A stretch of 18,083 bases of DNA, from contig DAHVNA010000023.1 of NCBI GenBank assembly GCA_027319565.1, positions 16,034 to 34,116 on the forward strand. Reading direction: 5' to 3'. The stretch's first letter is position 1. Each line of letters starts with the position of its first letter. Below, in pieces: positions 6,900-15,611 of the stretch. The translations under genes were made by a program, and so were the position numbers. This DNA comes from Elusimicrobiota bacterium (GTDB taxonomy: Bacteria > Elusimicrobiota > Elusimicrobia > UBA1565 > UBA9628). The notes under the pieces are model-generated. The model saw only the letters and a program-made list of their open reading frames with translations, was not told the origin of the DNA and ran no database searches.

Positions 6900-7831
6900 A
6901 TTTCGGCGAGATTCTGGGGCAGGACAAGGCCGTTAGAAATCTTCGCGCGATTTTAGCGTCGGAAAAAATGCCATCGGTGTTTCTCTTTAGCGGCCCCGAT
7001 GGAGTTGGAAAGAAACTCGCGGCTAAAATTTTTATTCAGGCCGTTTTGTGCTTGGCGCCGGATCAAAATCAATCTCCCTGCGAGGCTTGTCCTCATTGCC
7101 TGGCCGTCCAGAAAGAAATCCACCCGGATTTTAAGATGGTCGACTTGGCTTATCAGGCCAACTTGAGAGATGAGGAACTGTCAAAACAGCGAACTCTGCG
7201 CGTTGACACTATCCGCCATTTGCGCTCGGAAATGTCCATGGAGCCGATGATGGGAGGCTGGAAAGCCGCCGTGATTGTCGACGCGGAAAATTTGGAGATT
7301 GAATCTTCAAATGCGCTTCTTAAAATTTTAGAAGAGCCGCCTAGAAAAACGTTTTGGATTTTGCTGAGCTCTCAAGATCAGGCGCTGCCGAAAACCATTT
7401 TATCACGGGCTCTTAAAATCCCGTTTGCGCCTATTCCAAAGAAATTAGTCGCTAAGGCTCTGGCTGAACGGGGAATTAAATCAGTTCCGGCGCTTGAGCT
7501 ATGCGCTGGATCTATCGGAAAAGCTTTGGAATTTTCAAAAAGGGAAAACTGGCCCGGGGTTTTAACCGAGAACCCTTTGTCCGCCGTTCAAGCCTGCGAA
7601 TCTTTGCCGCGAGATCTGCCTTCTTCCCGGCGGGAAGCGGAGCTTATTTTTTTCTCGCTTTTGGAAAATTTAAGACGGTTTTATCATCAGGGGAAAATTT
7701 CATTTGAGCGCTTTGAAAAAGCCGCCAGAGATATCTCTTGGCTTAAAGTCGCCGTCCGCTCAAACGCCGATCCGCGGGCTTCCGTTTTACTGGCCTGCCT
7801 TAAAGCCCGTGAGGCGGGTTTAAAAACCTAG
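6896..7831 (+). CDS. holB: DNA polymerase III delta' subunit
   Basis: F.EILGQ, LFSGPDGVGKK, zinc motif C...PCEACPHC, HPDF, NALLKILEEPP, LPKTILSRA; ATGA overlap with tmk. Confidence 0.9.
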   Translation: MNFGEILGQDKAVRNLRAILASEKMPSVFLFSGPDGVGKKLAAKIFIQAVLCLAPDQNQSPCEACPHCLAVQKEIHPDFKMVDLAYQANLRDEELSKQRTLRVDTIRHLRSEMSMEPMMGGWKAAVIVDAENLEIESSNALLKILEEPPRKTFWILLSSQDQALPKTILSRALKIPFAPIPKKLVAKALAERGIKSVPALELCAGSIGKALEFSKRENWPGVLTENPLSAVQACESLPRDLPSSRREAELIFFSLLENLRRFYHQGKISFERFEKAARDISWLKVAVRSNADPRASVLLACLKAREAGLKT

Positions 7832-7835
7832 ATTT

Positions 7836-9374
7836 ATGAAGAAAATTTATATCACGACTCCCATTTACTATATCAATGCCGCTCCGCATATCGGACATGC
7901 CTATACGACGGTTGCCGTCGACGTGCTCGCGCGGTTTTACCGCAGTCAAAACCGGGAGGTTCATTTTTTGACCGGAACCGATGAGCATGGGCTTAAAATA
8001 GAAGAGGCCGCGCGCGGTTTGGGAATGGAACCTCAAGATTACGCCGATCAAATCTCGGAGAAATTTCGCGAACTTTGGAAACACCTGGATATCCGCTATG
8101 ATGATTTTATCCGGACAACAGAAGAACGCCATATTCATTGTGTCGAAGACGTTTTCTCCCGCCTTTTAAAATCGGGAGATATCTATAAGGGATTTTATGA
8201 GGGATATTACTGCCTGTCTTGCGAGACCTACTGGACCGAGAAAGAAATTCTTCCCAATGAAAAAAATCTAAAACTTTGCCCTAATCCTGAATGTCGAAAG
8301 CCTTTGGAGCGGGTCAAAGAGGAAAGCTATTTTTTTAAGCTCTCAAAATATCAGGACGCGCTTGTTAATCATTATCAAAAAAATCCGGCTTTTCTTTCCC
8401 CGGCCCACCGCGCTTCTGAAATCGTCAATTTCGTCAAATCCGGCCTTCAGGATATCTCGGTTTCCCGCGCCAAGGTCAAGTGGGGAATTTCCGTCCCCGG
8501 AGATTCGTCCCAGACGGTCTATGTTTGGTTTGACGCCCTTCTTAATTACGTGTCGGCGGTTTTGGAATCTCAAAGCTTAAATCCTTCGGAGAGATTCTGG
8601 CCGGCGGACGCGCATATCGTCGGAAAAGAGATATACCGCTTTCATGCGGTCATCTGGCCGGCGATGCTTTTGGCCCTGGGATTTCCTCTTCCCAAGAAGA
8701 TCTTCGCTCATGGCTGGTGGACGGTCGAGGGACAGAAGATGTCCAAATCAAAAGGCAATTTTGTCGACCCCTATGAAGTGACCCGTGAATTTGGGGTGGA
8801 CGCTTTTCGCTACTTTTTGTTGCGCGAAATGCCTTTCGGACAAGACGGGGACTTTTCAATTGAAGCTTTGCGGCGCCGGTATAATTCGGATTTAGCCAAC
8901 GATCTAGGAAACCTTATTTCCCGCGTCGTTGAGATGACCGATCGGTTCTTGGGCGGGAAACTTCCGTCCCAGAGCGATCCCGAAAAACATGAATATCCCC
9001 GACAATGGGCCGAGAAAACCGCGACGATTCAAGCGGCAATGGAAAATCTCAATTTTTCGGAGGCGCTTTCCATTATTTGGTCGGTGATTTCGAGCCTCAA
9101 TCAATACGTCAACGAACAGGCGCCGTGGAAACTTCAGAAAACCAGTCCCGAAAAAGTCGAGCCGGTTCTATTTAATCTGGTTTGGTCGATTCGAATCGTG
9201 ATGGGGTGGCTTGAGCCGTTTATGCCGCAGACCGCGGCCAAGGTCCAAGCCCAATTAGGGGTTCGACAATTGCCGCGCCCGGTGACCGCGGAGGAAATAT
9301 TGGCCGGGAAATCGACAGCGAGTCACGAAATTTTAAAAGCCCCGCCTCTTTTCCCTAGAAAGATCAAAGCCTAA
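7836..9374 (+). CDS. metG: Methionyl-tRNA synthetase (short form without C-terminal dimerisation/tRNA-binding domain)
   Basis: TTPIYY, HIGH, TGTDEHG, CLSC/CPNPEC knuckle, YVWFDAL, KMSKS, LANDLGNL; 512 aa. Confidence 0.97.
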   Translation: MKKIYITTPIYYINAAPHIGHAYTTVAVDVLARFYRSQNREVHFLTGTDEHGLKIEEAARGLGMEPQDYADQISEKFRELWKHLDIRYDDFIRTTEERHIHCVEDVFSRLLKSGDIYKGFYEGYYCLSCETYWTEKEILPNEKNLKLCPNPECRKPLERVKEESYFFKLSKYQDALVNHYQKNPAFLSPAHRASEIVNFVKSGLQDISVSRAKVKWGISVPGDSSQTVYVWFDALLNYVSAVLESQSLNPSERFWPADAHIVGKEIYRFHAVIWPAMLLALGFPLPKKIFAHGWWTVEGQKMSKSKGNFVDPYEVTREFGVDAFRYFLLREMPFGQDGDFSIEALRRRYNSDLANDLGNLISRVVEMTDRFLGGKLPSQSDPEKHEYPRQWAEKTATIQAAMENLNFSEALSIIWSVISSLNQYVNEQAPWKLQKTSPEKVEPVLFNLVWSIRIVMGWLEPFMPQTAAKVQAQLGVRQLPRPVTAEEILAGKSTASHEILKAPPLFPRKIKA

Positions 9375-10156
9375 ATTTCTGGCGGGCGGATTTTAAATAG
9401 CCGGCGCAATCCTTGGATGATCAGTCCCACCGGCCCCAACAAAACGTAAACAAAAAATAGAAGGAAGATGGCGTTTTGAGGGTAAAGGAAAATCGCAAAA
9501 CCGGCCAAGACCACCGTCACTAAAACTTTTGGCGAGCGCGGTCTCAAGGGAGATATATTTTTAAAGGTCGGATAGGGGATGGTTGATATCATCAGAAAGG
9601 CCAGGATAAAAACAATCAGCGGAACCAGCGGATACAAAAGCGGTATCTGATCCATCAGAAATTTCCATGTGCGCGCCGGGCGGCCCTCTTCGACAATCTG
9701 ATACAGAAGCACAAACGAAGCTAAAAATCCCGCGCCCGCGGGTATCGGAAGTCCGGTAAAATGGTTTTTGGGCGGAGCGGAGCCCTGGGCGGAAATATTA
9801 AAACGGGCCAGCCTTAAAGCTCCGCAAAGGGCATACAAAAAAGCCAGCGGATATCCCCAAGAGCCGTAATCCTTGAGAATAAAGCCGTACATCATGATGG
9901 CTGGCGCGATGCCAAACGTGAGAAAATCAGAGAGGGAATCAAATTCAATGCCGAAGACGGATTCTCCGTGAAACAGGCGAGCGACCCTGCCGTCAAGGGA
10001 ATCGAAAACCATTCCGGCGAGTATGGCGGTCGCGGCGGTCGGAAAATCACGTTCATGGACCGATAAAAGAGCAAAAAAACCGCAGGCCATGTTCCCAACG
10101 GTAAAAAGAGACGGAGCTAAAACACGCCCGCCGCGCTTAAGACCTAATTTATCCAT
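9371..10156 (-). CDS. pssA: CDP-diacylglycerol--serine O-phosphatidyltransferase
   Basis: PSLFT.GN..CG, D.LDGRVAR.....S.FG.EFDSL.D...FG.AP, ALRLARFN, FTGLP.P, LMIS; downstream of psd. Confidence 0.93.
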   Translation of the reverse strand: MDKLGLKRGGRVLAPSLFTVGNMACGFFALLSVHERDFPTAATAILAGMVFDSLDGRVARLFHGESVFGIEFDSLSDFLTFGIAPAIMMYGFILKDYGSWGYPLAFLYALCGALRLARFNISAQGSAPPKNHFTGLPIPAGAGFLASFVLLYQIVEEGRPARTWKFLMDQIPLLYPLVPLIVFILAFLMISTIPYPTFKNISPLRPRSPKVLVTVVLAGFAIFLYPQNAIFLLFFVYVLLGPVGLIIQGLRRLFKIRPPEI

Positions 10157-10788
10157 TCGGCGATCGCGCTCAAGCTGGCTAAAACTTTGTCTCCGGGTTT
10201 AACGATGGCGCGGGCAGTCGAAGGCAGATGAACGGCGACTTGCGATCCGAAAGAAATCAGGCCGTAGCGTTCTCCGGTTTTAAGAAGGTCTCCTTCCTTG
10301 GCCCACCAAGTAATTCTCCGCGCTAATAATCCCGCGATTTGATCGACGGTGATTTGCCTTTCGGGCTGTCCGCATTCAAGGGTCATCGAACATTTCTCAT
10401 TGCCAAGCGCGGAGGCCAGCATCGCGGCCTTAAAGCTTCCTTTCCGGTATTCTATTTTCTTGACCCTCCCGGTGGCGGGAACGCGCTGGATGTGAACGTT
10501 TAAAAGAGAGAGAAAGATTCGGACCGTCGTTGTCTCTTCTGAACTTTCGCGGGAAACGCTTAAAACGGTTCCATCACCGGGAGAATAGATTTTAGAATCG
10601 TCCTTGGGCGTGGGGCGATGGGGATCTCTGAAAAAATAGCCGCAAAAAAGAGCCGCTAAAATCCCGATAGAGCCAAGGGCTTCCCCAAAAACCCGCGCTT
10701 GAGAAAAACGGGCGGCCGTCCAAATGCCCAAAGCGGCGACTAAAAGGGATAAGACGATAAACTTAATTCCTTGAATTGCGATGCGCAT
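10144..10788 (-). CDS. psd: Phosphatidylserine decarboxylase proenzyme
   Basis: FFRDP.R, SPGDG, IFLS..NVH..R.P, QIAG..ARRI, GLISFGSQV cleavage motif. Start moved to ATG 10788 (MRIAIQG...), because the ORF-track extension to 10872 runs through tRNA-Leu. Confidence 0.93.
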   Translation of the reverse strand: MRIAIQGIKFIVLSLLVAALGIWTAARFSQARVFGEALGSIGILAALFCGYFFRDPHRPTPKDDSKIYSPGDGTVLSVSRESSEETTTVRIFLSLLNVHIQRVPATGRVKKIEYRKGSFKAAMLASALGNEKCSMTLECGQPERQITVDQIAGLLARRITWWAKEGDLLKTGERYGLISFGSQVAVHLPSTARAIVKPGDKVLASLSAIAEWIN

Positions 10789-10794
10789 AAATCT

Positions 10795-10878
10795 TGGGCA
10801 GGGCGGGAATCGAACCCGCATGGCCTTGCGGCCGAGGGATTTTAAGTCCCTTGCGTCTGCCAGTTTCGCCACCTGCCC
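10795..10878 (-). tRNA. tRNA-Leu (anticodon TAA), CCA not encoded
   Basis: Reverse complement: GGGCAGG-TG-GCGAAACTGGCAGACGC-A-AGGGA-CTTAAAA-TCCCT-CGGCCGCAAGGCCAT-GCGGG-TTCGATT-CCCGC-CCTGCCC-A, followed by AGA rather than CCA. Confidence 0.97.
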
Positions 10879-10887
10879 GCTTTTAGA

Positions 10888-10896
10888 ATCTTATCA
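10888..10896 (-). promoter_or_regulatory. Putative extended -10 promoter (TGATAAGAT) of tRNA-Leu-psd-pssA
   Basis: TGnTAnnAT match ending 9 nt before tRNA base 1. Confidence 0.55.
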
Positions 10897-10957
10897 TTTT
10901 CAGGGTTTCTCCCCAGCCGCGGCTATCATATCAATATTGTAAAATGAGGGCACGAGC

Positions 10958-12406
10958 ATGGCTGAACCCAATTTGGTGTTGGAAAAAACGGCGTCGCAAT
11001 TTTTTCTGCAAAGCTGGAATTGGGCCTTGCGCCATCTTCTTTTACTCTTGGGCTTGGCGGTCGACATTTTTGCCGTCGCCTTCGCTTTTTATTCCGCCTA
11101 TTGGCTGAGATTTCATTTTCATCCGCTTTTGCGCTTGATTCCGCCGCCAATGGGGCATATCTCTTCCTGGTCCGATTACTCTGCGATTTTTCCGGTCGTG
11201 GTTCTTATCTGGGTGGCCGTTCTTTTTTTTGGGGTTAAAATCCATCAAGAGCCTCCCCTTCCCACGGAAGATAAAATCGTGCGCATTCTCTCGGGTTCTT
11301 TTAAGGCGACCATTGTCGTCATGGCCTTGAGCTTTTTATCCAAAAGGTATTCCGATTCCCGTCTTCTTCTATTGATGACGGCTCCGCTAGCTTCCTTGTA
11401 TTTGACGGCGGATTCAGCCTTCCTCAATTGGGTTCGCTGGCGGATTTTAACGCCTCTGGGAGACAAGGATAAATTGCTCGTGATTGGCGAAGGAGCATTA
11501 TCTGACTTGATTAGCCAGAAAATCGCGCGCCTTCGGCATCGCCAGATCCTCAAAAAACCGCCTCTGTCTCGAATGGAAATATTAGACTTGGCGCGTTCGG
11601 AAAATGTCAGCGATGTGTTGCTGGTAGAGGCGGATTTAACGCAAGAGGAAATGGCGTCTTTGGCCGAAGGACTTGAGTCTTTGGGCGCGCAGATGCGGGT
11701 GGTTCCCAGTCTTTTGGAGTTGCGGATGGGGGAAGTTCAGGTGGATGAATCCCTGGGGGTTCCCACGTTTTATTTTAAGCACGGATCTCTTTCGGGGGAG
11801 AATTTTGTCATTAAGCGTATTTTCGATATTCTCTTTTCCGCTTCGGTCTGCATCTTGGGGTTTATTCCCTTTGTCCTCATCGCCATTTTAATTAAGATTG
11901 ACTCTGAGGGTCCTGTTTTTTTTCGTCAAAAACGCTTGGGGCTTCGCCGCCGTTTTTTCCACGCGTTCAAATTCAGAACCATGGTTGTCAATGCTGAATT
12001 GAAACTTGATGAAATGGTGGCGGCGCATCCTGCTAGGGCGTTCTTCAAAATTAAAAATGATCCGCGGGTGACTCGAGTTGGAAAATTTTTGCGCCGGTTT
12101 TCATTGGATGAGTTCCCCCAATTTTTAAACGTTCTGATGGGGGATATGAGTGTCGTCGGGCCGCGGCCTTTACCGCTTAGAGATATGGACAAGCTAAAGG
12201 AAGATTTTACGTCCGCATATAAAAAACGTCTCAGTGTTTTGCCGGGAGTTACCGGGCTTTGGCAGGTTTCCGGGCGTTCAGATCTATCCAATGAGCAAAG
12301 TGTTGCCTTGGATATCTTTTACGTCGAACATTGGTCCTTGGGCCTGGATATTAAAATTATTTTAAAGACCATTCCCGCAGTTCTATTCGGAAAAGGCGCG
12401 TATTGA
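10958..12406 (+). CDS. Undecaprenyl-phosphate sugar phosphotransferase (WcaJ/WbaP-type priming glycosyltransferase)
   Basis: N-terminal TMs, then KRIFDI, DSEGPVFFRQKR.G, FKFRTM, NDPRVTRVGKFLRRFSLDEFPQ..NVL.GDMS.VGPRP, PG.TGLWQVSGRS, LD..Y...WS..LD. Confidence 0.93.
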   Translation: MAEPNLVLEKTASQFFLQSWNWALRHLLLLLGLAVDIFAVAFAFYSAYWLRFHFHPLLRLIPPPMGHISSWSDYSAIFPVVVLIWVAVLFFGVKIHQEPPLPTEDKIVRILSGSFKATIVVMALSFLSKRYSDSRLLLLMTAPLASLYLTADSAFLNWVRWRILTPLGDKDKLLVIGEGALSDLISQKIARLRHRQILKKPPLSRMEILDLARSENVSDVLLVEADLTQEEMASLAEGLESLGAQMRVVPSLLELRMGEVQVDESLGVPTFYFKHGSLSGENFVIKRIFDILFSASVCILGFIPFVLIAILIKIDSEGPVFFRQKRLGLRRRFFHAFKFRTMVVNAELKLDEMVAAHPARAFFKIKNDPRVTRVGKFLRRFSLDEFPQFLNVLMGDMSVVGPRPLPLRDMDKLKEDFTSAYKKRLSVLPGVTGLWQVSGRSDLSNEQSVALDIFYVEHWSLGLDIKIILKTIPAVLFGKGAY

Positions 12407-12410
12407 TTCC

Positions 12411-13637
12411 ATGCCCAAAATTCAATCTAAAAACTGGCTTTTAGCCGCTTTGTGCTTTTGGGCTTTTCTTCAACCCCTCTCCATTGCCGGCGCCAATATC
12501 GCGATCGCCTTGATTCTATTGGGGCTCTTGAGCCTGCGGGTTAATAGACTTCCTTCCTTTAAAGATTCGGCTTTGCAAAAACCCCTTTGGATCTATATTA
12601 TTGTGGGCATTATTTCTAGCGCTGTGATGGCCGGATTTAAGAACGGGCGGGGACCGTTGGGAAGAGACCTTCAGCTTTTGGCGGATTTTTATATTTTTTC
12701 GCTCGCTTTTGGGATTGCCAACGGATTTGAGACGTTTTATTTTTGGATGATTGGTTTTTCCATTGCGGCTTTCCTGGGTCTTGCGGAATTTGGCCTGTGG
12801 AAATTTTTCCCGATAGCCGCGTCGCATTTTAACGAAAAAATTTTAAGCTCTCACTTTTGGTCGGCTTTTTACGCGACCAACCGCGCGCATGGGACAATTC
12901 ACCCCGTCACTTTCGGCGAGTTGATGGCCATGTCAGGGCTTGGAATTCTGTCTTGGAGAATGACCAGGCGTCGTCAAGGGGAAAAAGAAAAGCCCTGGAC
13001 GATGGTTTCCGGAATTTTGATTCTTTCCGCCTTGGCTTTGAGCGGAACCCGAGGCGCGTGGATGGGGTTTGCGGTCGGCCTTTTGGTTTTGGCCGCTTTG
13101 GACTTTCGACGGGTTGTTTTTGAGTTTTTTACGTCGCTTATCCTGATCGTTTCACAATTTTTCTTGAGTCCGCGCTTCTCTCAAGTTTCGGGGGGCGCCC
13201 TGAGCGATAGGGAAAGCAGTTTTAAAATTCATCTCGCCTTGTGGAAGTCAGCCTGGAAAATGTTTTTAGATCACCCGATTCTAGGCGTGGGTCCAGGGCG
13301 TTTTGGAGTCTTTTTCGGCCGATATCATTCCCTACCCTTTGGGGGGCAATCCACCTGGGGAAATGCCCATGATCTTTATCTTCAAAGTCTGGCCGAACGC
13401 GGAATTATTGGCTTTTGCGCCCTCGGGTTTCTTCTGGGGAGCATGGTTTTTCAATCTTTTAAGATTTACCGCAAGGAACATTCTTTTTTAAGCCTTTGGT
13501 TTTTATCCTGGATCGTCTCTCTCATTTTTATGAGTTTGACCGAAAGCGCTTTTCAAGTCGCGATGATCTGGATGCCGACGATCGCCCTTTACGCGTGGAT
13601 GGAGAGTCGCAATCGAATCAATGAGAGGAAACAATGA
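12411..13637 (+). CDS. O-antigen ligase family protein (WaaL / Wzy_C)
   Basis: Polytopic; [51 protein letters not shown]. Confidence 0.85.
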   Translation: MPKIQSKNWLLAALCFWAFLQPLSIAGANIAIALILLGLLSLRVNRLPSFKDSALQKPLWIYIIVGIISSAVMAGFKNGRGPLGRDLQLLADFYIFSLAFGIANGFETFYFWMIGFSIAAFLGLAEFGLWKFFPIAASHFNEKILSSHFWSAFYATNRAHGTIHPVTFGELMAMSGLGILSWRMTRRRQGEKEKPWTMVSGILILSALALSGTRGAWMGFAVGLLVLAALDFRRVVFEFFTSLILIVSQFFLSPRFSQVSGGALSDRESSFKIHLALWKSAWKMFLDHPILGVGPGRFGVFFGRYHSLPFGGQSTWGNAHDLYLQSLAERGIIGFCALGFLLGSMVFQSFKIYRKEHSFLSLWFLSWIVSLIFMSLTESAFQVAMIWMPTIALYAWMESRNRINERKQ

Positions 13638-14503
13638 AAGGAATTATATTGGCCGGCGGCAGCGGAACGCGGCTATATCCTCTGACCAAGGCGATTTCAA
13701 AACAGCTTCTGCCCATTTATGATAAACCGACGATCTATTATCCGCTGTCGGTTTTAATGCTGGCCGGAATTCAGGACATTTTAATTATCAGCACTCCGAG
13801 AGACCTCCCCTTGATTCAAAATCTCTTGGGAGACGGAAAGGCTTGGGGGCTTAGGTTTTCATATGCGGAACAACCGGAGCCCAAGGGAATAGCCCAGGCG
13901 TTCATTATTGGCAAGGATTTTATCGGGACCTCGCCCGTTTGCCTGATCTTGGGGGATAATATTTTCTACGGCCATGAATTGGCGCCTACTCTTGAAGAAG
14001 CGGCGAAGCTTAAACAGGGAGCTTTGGTGATGGCCTATCAAGTGCTTGACCCTCAAAGATACGGCGTCGTCGAATTCGACAAAAAGGGGCATGCCAAAAG
14101 CCTAGAAGAAAAGCCGAAACATCCGAAATCCAATTGGGCAGTGACGGGAATTTATTTTTATGATTCGAAGGTCGTTAAAATCGCGGAAAAATTAAAACCG
14201 TCTTTGCGGGGCGAGCTTGAAATTACCGAGGTCAATTCCGCCTATTTGTCGCGCGGAAATTTGCGGGTTCATCTCTTGGGGCGCGGGACGGCGTGGTTGG
14301 ACACTGGAACGCCGGATTCTCTATTGTCTTCGGCGCAGTTTGTCCAGACTCTTGAGCAAAGACAAGGGCTTAAGGTGGCTTGTATCGAAGAAATCGCTTT
14401 TAGAAAAGGATTTATCAAGCGCAAACAGCTGGAAGATTTAGCGAAGCTTTATTCAAAAAATGATTACGGGGCCTATCTTCGGCGAGTTTTGGAGACGCCT
14501 TGA
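13634..14503 (+). CDS. rfbA: Glucose-1-phosphate thymidylyltransferase (RmlA)
   Basis: [61 protein letters not shown] upstream; ATGA overlap with the ligase gene. Confidence 0.97.
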   Translation: MKGIILAGGSGTRLYPLTKAISKQLLPIYDKPTIYYPLSVLMLAGIQDILIISTPRDLPLIQNLLGDGKAWGLRFSYAEQPEPKGIAQAFIIGKDFIGTSPVCLILGDNIFYGHELAPTLEEAAKLKQGALVMAYQVLDPQRYGVVEFDKKGHAKSLEEKPKHPKSNWAVTGIYFYDSKVVKIAEKLKPSLRGELEITEVNSAYLSRGNLRVHLLGRGTAWLDTGTPDSLLSSAQFVQTLEQRQGLKVACIEEIAFRKGFIKRKQLEDLAKLYSKNDYGAYLRRVLETP

Positions 14504-15611
14504 ACTCGGCCAATATTCGGGCGATTTTTTGAGCGGCGTTTCCATCTCCATAAATCATTCGCGGGCGGGACATTCGCTCGTAAAGAGAAGAATTCCTAAT
14601 TAAGTCCTTGGCGTAAAGCTCGATGGCTTTGGCCGTGGGGGCGAGAACGGCGGCGCCTCGGATAATTCCTTCCGGCCTTTCGGTTAAAGAGCGCGCCAGA
14701 ATCAGCGGTTTTCCCAAGACCGGGGCTTCTTCCTGGATGCCGCCGGAATCGGTAATGATGAAATGCGCTCGCCGCATTAAATAAACGCAAGACGGGTAAT
14801 CAAGCGGCGAAGTCAAAAAGATAGGGGGCGTATTTTTGAGTTTTTTCTCGGCTAAAGCGCGAATAAAAGGGCGCGGGTGGACTGGGTAGATGATTTCAAC
14901 AGGTTCTTCTTTGGCTAGATTTAAAAGGACGTCAAAGATTTTTTCAAGGCGCGATCCCAGATTTTCTCGGCGGTGAAAAGTCGTAAAGATAAGTTTTCTT
15001 GAAGGATTTAGAAAGTCCCACTTCCGATTGAGCTTTGATTTTAGATGGCGATTTTTTTTAATGAGGCTTAGAGTTTGAAGCACGGAGTCAATGCCGGTGT
15101 TCCCGGTGACAAAGATTTGCGCGTGAGAAATTTTTTCTCGAATTAGATTTTCCGCCGATAGCGGGGTGGGGGCAAAATGGATTTCTGCCAGAGAATCGAT
15201 GATTCTGCGATTTCTTTCTTCCGGATGCGGAGAATGGGGACTGGGGCTTCTTAATCCCGCTTCGATGTGCGCCACGGGAATCTGCGCGCCCCAAGAGCCT
15301 AAGGCCGCCCCTAAGGCGGTGCTAGTATCTCCCTGAATAAGAGTCCAATCTGGTTTCCAGCGCCTAAATATTTCCTGAATTCGCCTTGAAACGAAGGAAG
15401 AGATTTTTTGAGGAGATAAGTTTTGGTTGTTTAACTTCAGATCATAATCTGGCGCAATCTTAAAAAAATCGAGAAAGTCGATGGCCAGATCCTTGTGTTG
15501 GGAACTGAGGCAAACCTTCATTTCAACGGAGGGCTCATCTTTGAGCGCTCTAATTACGGGGGCGGTTTTGATGATTTCAGGCCGCGTTCCTAAAACCGCG
15601 AGAATTTTCAT
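14415..15611 (-). CDS. wecB: UDP-N-acetylglucosamine 2-epimerase (non-hydrolysing)
   Basis: [52 protein letters not shown]. Confidence 0.93.
   Translation of the reverse strand: MKILAVLGTRPEIIKTAPVIRALKDEPSVEMKVCLSSQHKDLAIDFLDFFKIAPDYDLKLNNQNLSPQKISSFVSRRIQEIFRRWKPDWTLIQGDTSTALGAALGSWGAQIPVAHIEAGLRSPSPHSPHPEERNRRIIDSLAEIHFAPTPLSAENLIREKISHAQIFVTGNTGIDSVLQTLSLIKKNRHLKSKLNRKWDFLNPSRKLIFTTFHRRENLGSRLEKIFDVLLNLAKEEPVEIIYPVHPRPFIRALAEKKLKNTPPIFLTSPLDYPSCVYLMRRAHFIITDSGGIQEEAPVLGKPLILARSLTERPEGIIRGAAVLAPTAKAIELYAKDLIRNSSLYERMSRPRMIYGDGNAAQKIARILAEFKASPKLAEDRPRNHFLNKASLNLPAVCA

Noticed and set aside
10789..10872. 28-aa N-terminal extension of Psd in the ORF track
   Set aside because: It is tRNA-Leu read as codons.
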